Assembly (NCBI RefSeq): GCF_008831285.2
Contig: NC_045138.2
Location: 7,812,001 to 7,876,000, forward strand
DNA from: Nymphaea colorata
Lineage: Eukaryota
DNA: 64,000 bases
Reading direction: 5' to 3'
Shown piece after piece: positions 24,149-33,849 of this stretch. The notes beneath the pieces were generated by a model. The model saw only the letters and a program-made list of their open reading frames with translations, was not told the DNA's origin and searched no databases. Every line of letters starts with the position of its first letter. The stretch's first letter is position 1. The position numbers and the translations under genes were made by a program.

Positions 24149-27100
24149 AGAGAGAGAGAGAGAGAGAGAGATGGTCTTATTATAATTTTCCAACTTGTTG
24201 GTCTGTGAATAAACATGACATACCATGTCATGCTTTCTTCTATCAATTGCTATGGTTTTCAATTTAAAGGAGCGTTGCCATGCGTAACATAAAATATAAG
24301 TCAGTAATTTATTTGATCTCCTTAGCTAAAAATGTCTTTTTATTCTTCAAGGACTCTTTCTTTTCTATGTTGTGTAATTTGTTTTTTGTGCCTTGTTAAT
24401 GTATTCCAGAAATTCAATTTTTTTTTATTGGCTTTGTGTCAAAAGCTATGTCACATGACTGCAGGTAGTGTACGAGTTCGGATATGACGGTATGAGTTCG
24501 GACACGGCAATTTCAAAAGTTGTGGGCACGCATGTACAGCAAATTATATATTTTCAAAAATGATAAAATGAAAAAAAAAAACATTAATAGTCTTATAATC
24601 CACAAAAATTCTCAAAATTAAAAAAAATGGGAGGAAAATATAGAATCTTAGTGGAGGAAAATATAAAAGGGAAAATCAAAAATTAAGAAAAAATTAAGTT
24701 TGAAAATATAATTTTAAATGTTTTAGAATGCAGCCATGCCCATATACCTATGTCGCCATAACCACGTACCAACATGGGTACCTAGGCAAATTACACGTAC
24801 CTGTGTCACATAGGTCAGAAGTCATGAAAGGCTTTGGGATGCCTACAAGGTCTATTGTTTTAGGAGGATGGATCATTTGAAGAATCAACAACTGCCAACA
24901 TCATTTAAGACGGGGATTAGGGGTGGCCATCGGGCCGGGCCGGGTATCGGGCCTAGCCACCAAAAGTCAGGCCCGGCCCGCCTCCTTCGGCGATTCCGCC
25001 GCGTCAGCCTCGCCCACTCCTCCGGCAACGACGACACAGAGACCCGCGGCATCCTCGCTTGTGCCACCGGCGTCGGCATCTCCATACGTGCTTGCCCTCA
25101 ACGGAATGTTCACTTCGCCGGAGCTGGCCCAGGGGATCGTCGACGCCTGGCTCAATACCCCATTCAAATCTTCGTGCCCGGCGAGCGGCGGCGTCGCCTG
25201 GCCTGGCGAGATTGACACCTTTCTGAGCAACTCCCTGTCTGAGATGTCGAAGATCCCTGCCGCGTGCTCCGCTGGAGGCGGAGGGGCCTCCTGCGCCATC
25301 TGCTTCCGCCCGAATCTACCCGCCGGTGATGAACGAAGAGAGGGAGAGGTAGAGGGAAAGGGGGAGTAGAGGTAAAGGGGGAACCAGAGAGGGAGAGGGG
25401 GAATCGGGAGCAAAGAGGGAAAGGGGGAACCAGAGAGGGAGAGGGGGAATAGGGAGCAGAGAGGGAAAGGGGGAACCAAAGAGGGAGAGGGGGAATCGGG
25501 AGCAGAGAGGGAAAGGGGGAACCAGAGAGGGTGAGGGGGAATCGGGAGCAAAGAGGGAAAGCAGGAACCAGAGGGGGAGCCGGGAGTGGAGAGGGAACCA
25601 GAGAGGGACTGAGAACGGGTCGCGAAGAAGGGTGAGCCAAGGAGAGGGAGATGGGGACGGAGGCGGAGAGGGAACCAGAGAGGGACTGAGGGAGAGGGGG
25701 AGAAGAGAGGGGGAGCTGAGAGGGAGGGGACGGACAGCCCGAGGAAGGGACTGTCGGGCCGCGCCGGGCCGCCCTATCGGGCCCGATCCCGGCCCAGGAC
25801 CACTGCCGGGCCGGAAAATCTGGCCCGGGCCCGGGCCCATTCGGGCCGGGCCGGGCCGGGCTGGCCCGTCGGTGTCCCGACCCGATGCCCAGGCCTAATG
25901 GGGATGACCAAAATCCAATGTTGTAAAAAACGTATCATAAGCCGTATCGGTCTGACTTTAAGATACGTTGTATCGTAAAATATCGTAACGTATCGTAACC
26001 GTATCATTTTTTTTAATAAATTGAAAAAAATAGGAAAAAAATTCAAAAAATTCATAAAAAATCGCTAAAAAACAAGAATAATATGTTCTTCATAAAAAAC
26101 ACATACATTTATAAGTTATAAGGTCCATAAGTCTACGAGATACCACAACAAAAAACAAGTTTTAAATGTTACATATTATATCACAAGATGACAATGAAAT
26201 TGTGAAAATGTTCAATGTCAATACATATAAAATGAAAACACTCTCGACTTTCATTCATAATCATATTCATTCTCATCCTCATCTCCATCTTCTTCTTCAT
26301 TTTCATCTTCACAATTTAAAAAAATTTCCCTCCACGGCAGCACAATCTCTAGGTTAAAAATGAAGAACGGCCGGGTTTTTATAAAAAAACTCGAAAAGGA
26401 GAGTTTCAGCCCCCATTTTTTGAAATCAGCCTGTATCGTAAGATTCGGGGCGTGTATCGTATCGTATTTTATAAAAGATAGGTATCGTATCGTAGGTATC
26501 GACCCCGTATCATACGTACCGTACAACACTGCCAAAATCCTGAAGAAGACTAGGTCCGGTCAGATTGCTTCCATTTCTTCATTATGAAAGTATCGAAAAC
26601 ATCCAGAAAACTTCTAAGAATCTTCAAACAATTTTCTTAAATATAGAATTTCTAGCATTATCAAATTCAAATACAGAAGTTATTTAGAGACATGAGTTTC
26701 TCTTGCCTATGTTTGATCCTATTTAGTATCTAGCGCTACTCTAGTCCTTCTGTGGCTATAGCGGATACGAGGATTCAGACATGGCATGTTGTCATCCACA
26801 GAAAGAAGAAAACACTTGTTGACACCATTCAGGTTCTTAGAAAACATTACAGCAGTATCAAAGCCCTAATGGTGAATTTCATGGTCACATTCTCATCTTT
26901 AATTTGTATGTTATAATATTTCTCCTTGTCTTTTACTCTTTCTTTGTTTTCCTTTGGTGTTTCTCGTTTGTTATACTTTTTCTATGCATTTTCATGTGTT
27001 CTACCTTTTCTATGCATTTTCATGGGTTCTAGTCTCTGCGTCTGTGTGCAATATCTGTTATATTTTGAAAATTTTACAACAGAATCGCCAATCTGAACCT

Positions 27101-28681
27101 TCCGATAACAGCTCAATTATATCGTAAAATTTCAAAACAGACATGGGGATACTGACAGGATAATCATTGTGAAGGCTATCTTTCTTGAATTTTATTAGTG
27201 AGGTTTTACTTGGAGATTAATTGGAAAAAAATTGATTTTTTTCAGGAGAATCTCAAGAATTCAAATGTAAAAAATCTAGAAAGAATAATAAAAAATTGTG
27301 GAATTATGAGCTTTTTACTAACTTTCTTATAAAAGGATTGATAATCAAAAGAATCCAAAAACGTTTAAAAAGGTTTTCTAAAATTCAAGAAAATGTCGTG
27401 ACGGAAACACAATATTTTGACAATGTTCTTGTTTTGGCGATATTTTTCGACGTGCCTTGCCAAGTTTCGTGGTGGTAAGATTTTCATTTTGATTACAGGA
27501 TTTTTTTTTAACAGTGCAATAAATCATTATCATGTCAGGTGCTCTTTCAAAAAGAAAAATATGCATTTTTTACATCAAATCTCTCTTTCTGTGTTTTATG
27601 TTAAAAAAAATATAATAATCATTTGGTAGTTGATGTGACAAATTTATCAATGAACATATCATTGCATACCTTTCTGAGAAATCATTCATATTTTGTAAAT
27701 TTTAATGTTTTTTAAGATTATCAAATACTTTAACTGGAAAACTCCTAATAAATAGACAAGAACTCTGATTGACACTTTGGAGTTTGGACTACTGAGGATG
27801 AATGGATCATATTAGATACACAAAATGCCATATGGTTGCAATGAAGCATGTTAGAAATAGAAACCAAGAAATCATGAAAGATAATCAAGAATGAGAAGTC
27901 CATTTTGCTGTATCTCATGAACTAGATAGTGATTGAAATGATATGCGCCTGACAGCAATTTCCAGATTCTCCAAGAAAGACCACAGAATATCATCATTGG
28001 CAAAGCTGACAATGTCTTTATCTCCCAGAGTTCAAATAAGCAAAGATTTAGAGTTAAAAAATGGAATGTGCACAACCATTACATTCAGATATCTTATTTG
28101 AAACTGTAAAAGATCTCTGCCAATGCACTGTTTTATGTTACGTTTATCTTCAGCTTAGTTTCACAAGAAACAGAAGTAATAGGTCGTTAAAAGGATTTGA
28201 TATTTATTTAAGGAACCAAAAGAATCCCCAGATTTTTCGTGTCATTGTCTCAGCAGCATGCAAAAAGCGAAGAAAAAACATAATGAAAATAATAAGGAAA
28301 TATGAAGCGAAATGAGGAACCTTAAGTATTTCAAGATCCTTCTTCAGTTCAGACGTGATATTTGGAGCAGACATCTCAAACCTATTACAGAAAACATGCA
28401 GTATAATTCAGCATCTCATCAATGGAAATCATTACAGCATGGAACCAGGTCAAGCATACATACCATTTCTTGCCAGTAGTATCCTTGAGTTGCTTTCTTT
28501 GCAATTTATTGATCTTTTTGGGGTCTTTAGGGGGAACAAAAAGTCCATCTATAAGCTTGTTTTGGGGCATCCAGAGGGAGGAGGTACTGCCCATTTCGTG
28601 ATTTCCCTCTTTTAATGAAGATGACAAAGCAGGCAATTGGGGTTTCCATAAAAGGCCAATTTTTTGCTTATCTTCAGGCAT
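21359..28681 (-). CDS. FCF2: Fcf2 pre-rRNA processing protein, 5 coding exons, 190 aa
   Basis: Exons 28681-28464, 28381-28321, 21846-21775, 21668-21553, 21464-21359; GT-AG, 573 nt in frame. Protein MPEDKQKIGLLWKPQLP...LIDGLFVPPKDPKKINK...DTTGKKWFEMSAPNITSELKKDLEILKLRSVIDPKRHYKK...PKYFQVGTVVEP...RLTRRQRKATLTDELLSD...YRKRKVSEIE carries the Fcf2 domain signature. Confidence 0.93.
22462..23874. mobile_element. Larger (~1.4 kb) degenerate member of the CTAWGTCAC hAT-type family
   Basis: Left end CTAAGTCACACAG, right end CACCTATGTGACAG; degenerate TSD TACTTTCT/TACTTCAT; GCACC/GGTGC subterminal motifs. Confidence 0.55.
24086..24170. repeat. Compound microsatellite (TG)n(TA)n(GA)n
   Basis: Directly visible. 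Confidence 0.95.
24446..24813. mobile_element. hAT-type MITE (CTAWGTCAC family)
   Basis: Ends CTATGTCACA / GTACCTGTGTCACATAG; TSD GTCAAAAG/GTCAGAAG. Confidence 0.75.
24996..25303 (+). pseudogene. DRT102: Captured fragment of DRT102 (RpiB/LacAB-like domain) with internal deletion and frameshift
   Basis: RRVSLAHSSGNDDTETRGILACATGVGISI (to 25086), then in another frame VLALNGMFTSPELAQGIVDAWLNTPFKSSCPASGGVAWPGEIDTFLSNSLSEMSKI...SCAIC (25088-25303). Both match recalled plant DRT102 (RGLVCCGTGVG...DAWIKTPFKSPCPAS...FLDNSLSEM...SCVIC). Confidence 0.85.
25375..25560. repeat. 46-bp purine-rich minisatellite, about 4 copies
   Basis: Unit AAGGGGGAACCAGAGAGGGAGAGGGGGAATCGGGAGCAAAGAGGGA. Confidence 0.9.
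25916..26531. mobile_element. hAT-type MITE (CARTGTTGTA TIR, CGTAT subterminal repeats)
   Basis: TIRs CAATGTTGTA / TACAACACTG; perfect TSD CCAAAATC. Confidence 0.9.
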
Positions 28682-29800
28682 CTGATGACCAAAAGCAATT
28701 TTCAGGCTGAGGCTGAGATATGTAACATTATACATATATATACACACACGGACACACACAAGAGACAGAGAGAGAAAGAGAAACAAATTCATGTCTTTTT
28801 CTTTTACTGATAAAAGAATCCATATTCTCAGTAAAAAGTCTAACATGGTTGGTTGAAGCTGAAAATAATGTGGTCAGTTAATGGTATCTAAATTCTATGG
28901 AATAATGTCCAATATGTACATCATATTTACCAGTGTTTTAGTGGATGTTATAATATATATACACTATTACATCACAATATTCAGCATGTTGACCACACAA
29001 AATAGATGCATCAAAAATAAAATGATAGACACTCAAAATGAAACCAGCATGACTTGATTTTGACACTCATCAAAATCTACAGCTTCTGCACCCAAAGACA
29101 GAAGTCATCCAATTTATTGGTTACTGTTACTAACAAATTGGTAGTAAAAAAGAGGTTAGAAGTGTGTATGGAATAAAATGAGGTTAGTCAAGTAAGATCA
29201 TAAGTCTAGGGTCGGGTCCAGGAGTCGAGTCTACAGTTGGACTGGTCCTGCAAAGGAGATGTGTAATCACCATATGAGTGATCCCAAATGATTATGGATG
29301 GTTAACGAAAACACACTCTATCCCCTTTATGATAGAGATTTTTACACTAAGTTGTGGATTAGGGTTGCATAATAGGGTGTATGAGTGGACTAGTCTCTCT
29401 TGCAGGGGAAGATTGATAGTTCGTGGCTATCACAAACTGATGTAGCTCGAGCGTCATACCACAAACTTGATGTAGCTCGACTACCACACCGAGCCAGAAC
29501 ATCACATGAAGAAAGAACTGTCCCGTTTGATGGATTGGAAATCTGGAATTGGAAAAATATTTCTGGAAATATATTTTTTAGAATAAAGGAATGAGAAAAG
29601 TCTTTTCGATTCCCATTTTGACGTGTGTGTGATGACTGAGAAATAAATTTCCAGAAAATTATTTTTGTGTTTGATGATAAAAAAATATATTTCCAGAAAA
29701 ATTCTTTCTTTCCTTGCAAAATAAAGTCACCTATCTTGAAGGGTTTGTTCAACAAATGGTTCAGTTTTTCATTAGAATTGTTTTGTGTGAAAACTGAGAA

Positions 29801-29887
29801 CCTTAATGCTGTTCCTTGTTCACCAGGAAAACTCCCCCAACTGTGCAAGAATGTGGTAGTCATCCACAAAGACAAAGAAGAAGTCAC
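29801..29887 (-). other. Putative non-coding 5'-UTR exon of FCF2
   Basis: On - strand TAG|GTGACTTC...GCATTAAG|GTTCTC; GC-richer than its flanks; lies upstream of the CTCAG acceptor at ~28708 that precedes the FCF2 ATG. Confidence 0.45.
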
Positions 29888-30247
29888 CTATATATAAACA
29901 AAATCTAGGTGCAAGTGCAACCAATCTTCTTCTGCTAATTCATGGAAATCCAAAATTCAGAAACTGTTCTTAACTTGTTTATGCTAAATTTAACCATCTA
30001 AGTAACAAATGCAGTTCAATAACGCAACAAGAAGGGAAGCAATAAAGAGATTGAACAAGAAATTGTGCAGTTGTTGTAAGAAAAGGATCCTTTAGATTTC
30101 ACAGCATATGTTATTATGTATAGTTCTCATTAGTTTTGATATATCAACTTCCATTCAAGAACTTAATAGCTCTTCATGAACAGTAAACTCCAATTATGTA
30201 CACATCATTTTTTTCCGTCTCTCTAGCAACTTTTCATGAACCTGCTT

Positions 30248-30400
30248 CTACGGGCAAGGAAAGTCATCCAGGCCCAAATATCTAAACCGTATATCATCCA
30301 TGGGATCTTCCTTCCTGAATTTCGGATACCTGGAACCTTTCATCTCATGAAAGAGATTTAAGTTATCAACCAGCTTATGGAAGACGTTGCATTCTGCACA
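30248..30400 (-). pseudogene. Orphan terminal exon of a DNL-type zinc-finger (Zim17/HEP/ZR-family) gene
   Basis: After acceptor TTTTCGTCAG the frame reads CAECNVFHKLVDNLNLFHEMKGSRYPKFRKEDPMDDIRFRYLGLDDFPCP*. This contains the second CxxC and the HKLVDNL signature. The upstream exon with the first CxxC was not found in the window. Confidence 0.75.
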
Positions 30401-31216
30401 CTGACGAAAAGCACAAACAATCGCTTCAGAACAAATCTAATCCACAAATTTTCACCATAAACAGAAGCCCATGTGTGATTTTGCTCTAAATTCTGCTTAT
30501 ATCGATGGCAAATCTGCCAAATCACATGGTAAGATAAGCAAGCAGTAAATAAAGGGACACTAACTTTCTGCCAACTTTGAATTACCAGCCAGATTCATGA
30601 CTGCTTGCAACTCCACCACCTTCACAGGTTTAGATGTTTTTGTTACCAAACACTCGTGAAAAGACAGTGGTTACTCTTAACATGGAACACAACATTGAAA
30701 AGTGACGGTCTTTTTTATCAAGTGTCATAGGCTCTTGTTCATATTTATTCATCAGATTGGCTCCACCCTCCCTCAAACGTGTACTCATTTCCTCTGCCGG
30801 GGTGTTTGAATGTGTGGTATTTCATTATAGAAATGAAATTAAAATTCAAAATCCTAAAAAAGTTCCAGGACTCCGTAATTGTAGAACAAAAAACTCAAGT
30901 TTCTAGGGCGGATCTACAATTAAGTACCAAGATTAAAGTCCCACCTATCATAATCGTGGCCTTTTTTTTTTTTTTGCATGTGTTGCTCACCTCGTTTTCT
31001 TTAAACACACTCCTCAGCGAAAAAAAAAAAAATCAATTTTTTAAATAAAATTCCCTCCCCATCAAACAAGGGAAGAAAAAAGTATCCGTCGAAGGCTTTT
31101 GCGGATTTTTTTTTCCGGAAATTTCTTTCCACCGTCGGGGTGGGAAAAAATTTTCGAAAATATTTTTTTGCCCGATAGGGCTTCTCCTCTTCGCGTCGGT
31201 TGGAGCTCCCCTCGTC

Positions 31217-31390
31217 TTCCTCTTCTCATCTTCGTCCTCTGCCGCTGCCTCACGCTGCTGCTGCCTCGTATTCCTCTTCTCATCTTCGTCCTCTGCCGCT
31301 GCCTCACGCTGCTGCTGCCTCGCGCTGCTGCTGCTTCGTCTTCCTCTTCTCATCTTCGCGTCCTCCGCCGCTGCCTCTTCTCATCTTCCT
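31217..31390. repeat. 54-bp CT/GC-rich tandem repeat, 2 full + 1 degenerate copy
   Basis: TTCCTCTTCTCATCTTCGTCCTCTGCCGCTGCCTCACGCTGCTGCTGCCTCGTA at 31217 and 31271. Confidence 0.85.
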
Positions 31391-31493
31391 CGTAAGGATT
31401 CTGGAATAGCGAGAGGGGGTTTCTCTTCGTCTCCCCCTTCCTCGGCTTTCCTCTTCTCTCCCCCGGACGTCTCCGCCGACGGCGATAGAGGTA

Positions 31494-31502
31494 AAACCCT
31501 AA
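31494..31502 (+). promoter_or_regulatory. Telo-box (AAACCCTAA)
   Basis: Exact motif just after a GAG|GTAAAA donor in a CT-rich, 5'-UTR-like region. Confidence 0.45.
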
Positions 31503-31932
31503 CCCGCGTCCTTCCTTTCCTTTGTTCTCTCCTTTCCCTTCTTCGGTTGTTCTCTTCGCTGGTTGTCCCTGGCTTTCTTTCTCTTCAAGTTTCTGTATTC
31601 CTATGTTTTCTTTTCTGCGTCAGGATTATTATCGGGTCTGATTCATACCATTTTCATCTGAGATGAACTACAGGAGCGTTACCCTTAAAAGGAAGCGCCC
31701 AAATCTCGCTTTGTCTACGGAGTGTTCTTTCCTTTTCTCAGTTTCATTTTCCATTTTTCATTGGTGTCGATTTATGGGATGCATGTGTCGTCCAGCCTGC
31801 GATATTGACGATGGGTTTCTTGGTTCGAACAATGTTGATGTGGGCATTAACATGGGTACAAGACTGTCTTTGGTGCCTTATTTTACTGCGAGAGGCAAAT
31901 TGAGCAGGTTTTATCTTGCACGAGAATTTGAG

Positions 31933-32067
31933 ATGAAACGCTGGAAGGAAGAGCCGCTGCAGGCAAAAGAAGCGACCGAGAAGAAGATGGAGAGTGGGGA
32001 CTATGTGGGAGCCCGTAAGATGATTTTAAGAGCAAAGCAATTGTTTCCTGATTTGGAGCATTTGTAG
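31933..32067 (+). pseudogene. Truncated N-terminus of a plant DnaJ/DUF3444-type protein
   Basis: MKRWKEEPLQAKEATEKKMESGDYVGARKMILRAKQLFPDLEHL* resembles the recalled family start MECNKEEA.RAKEIAEKKM...DFVGARK...KAQQLYPDLE. It stops early and no J domain follows. Confidence 0.7.
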
Positions 32068-33849
32068 CAAATTACCAAGAGTGCTTTTGATTCCCTGTTT
32101 CTGGAATAGGTAGAACAGAACCTCCAATTTGCTGTTTCATGGAACAGACCGCTTCAATGATCTGTGCCATCCAAAAGTTTAGACGAAGGATCGAATTAGA
32201 GCAATAGTTTCAAACCACCAATCGATACCAATCGATTCTTCAGTTTCCATGAGCACCGGTGAAGAACAAGGGAATTGTGTTGTTTGCAAGAAACATGAGA
32301 TGCTAATCTAAGACTACTAAGTGGTCTCGTGTTTGTGCCCTCATTTTTCATTAATGATCAGACCATATGCAAACTAATATTAATATACAATTCTTCCTAA
32401 AAAATATCCACCCAAAAACATATTCTTTACATTTAATCACCACAAACACCAATGTGATAACAACATCAAGTATTGCCATTGTTGGTAGTTAAATAAAAGC
32501 ATCATACAAAAATCTGTATATAGTATATACATACAAAAAATGCTTTAGTTCGTCTGGACATCTGAACCAGAAAAGCCAAAAAGGCTTCTAAAATTATGAT
32601 TAGGTGAATAAAGAAGTCTTACATACTGAGCGTCAAACCATGCAACAACTTTAGTCCAATCCGCTCGAATTTGGAAAGCAGGCAGTCTGATATGCCAGTT
32701 TTCGGCTAGAAGCGAGCGCAGACATGAAAAGAAATGGGAACACAGAAAAATTACAGAGAATATGCCGCCCCCAGAGAAGGAATGAAGCTCTGCATTCCGA
32801 ATATGTCCGTTTTACCATCTTCAACGCACACCATTATCATCTCACAACCACATACAACCCAAAAGAACACAACCCCCAAAGCAAATCCCGACCAAAATTC
32901 ACCAACAGAGAATGAACAAATGAAGGACGAAGTCCACAGACGACAAGCAGAAAACCCACCAACAAATCAATCAAAGCCCAATCTTTATTAGGCTAAACTC
33001 TACAAGGAGAACCTCAAGGAAAAAGAGAAGCTCAATAAGATCTCAGCTCTCACCAAGACCCGAAGAACCCCAACACTCTTAAGGTAAATCTGACCGCATT
33101 AAAGCCACCATCAGCAGCAGCATACTAAGCCCAAGCAATCAAGCTGCCCAGAAAACTAAAAATCATGCTGCCCAACGCAGAGAGAGGGAGCAGCGCAGAC
33201 AGAAGGCAAACCGTCCTAATTGAAATCTCGGGCAAGAAGGCAAGAACTGAAGAACAAGAGAAGCGAGAGAGAGAGTTTACCGATGGGTAGTAGTGTGCGT
33301 TGAAGAGGGAGCAGCGCAGAGAGAAGGAGTGGCCGGCTGCGTCGCAGAGAGAAGGAGCGGCCGGTGGCGTCGCAGAGAGAGGGAGCAGCCGGCGGCGTCG
33401 CAGAGAGAGGGAGCAGCACAGAGAGCAGAGAGATAGAGAGGGCAACACAGAGAGCAGAGAGAGGGCGAGAGGGAGAGAGGGCAGCACAGAGAGCAGAAAG
33501 AGGGCGAGAGGGAGAGGGAGAGAAGCCGACGAGCCGAGCGTGCCTAACCTAAATCATGTTAAAATTAAAAAAACGCCCAAAATGTTGACGGAAAAGGGCA
33601 GCTGCGGCTTCACCGCACCCGAGTCGGGTGCGCGTCCGGAAATGGACGAATTCATTCAGGTGCGGCTGACCGCACCCGACTCACGTTGACCTTTTTGGGT
33701 GCGCACCTAAAGCGTTGGACGCACCCAGGTATCATTGCTTTGTTGTTTAGCCATTATCAACTTTTCCTTAATTGATTGGCTTTCTTGTGCTTTAAAAACT
33801 CTTCCTCAACTTGGAGGAAGCATTCTCTCGCCTACGTGATCTTTTTTTA

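Larger units (their letters stand above)
24918..25897. mobile_element. Pack-hAT-like non-autonomous element carrying a DRT102 gene fragment
   Basis: TIRs TAGGGGTGGCCATCGGGCCGGG / CCCGACCCGATGCCCAGGCCTA; TSD ACGGGGAT/ATGGGGAT; GGCCCGG subterminal repeats; GC-rich coding-like cargo. Confidence 0.88.

Noticed and set aside
24967..25898. Long Pro/Ser/Leu- or Gly/Arg-rich ORFs on both strands
   Set aside because: Artefacts of the GA minisatellite and GC-rich TIR arms.
29150..29510. LTR/TRIM-like fragment
   Set aside because: No paired repeat or TSD found.
31033..31409. Overlapping ORFs of 69-106 aa
   Set aside because: Produced by the 54-bp tandem repeat; no recognisable domain.
32480..33737. 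Possible non-autonomous DNA element with an exon-like block (32623-32706, -) as the missing DNL exon
   Set aside because: No reading frame gives CxxC or DNL-family motifs; only one terminus is recognisable.
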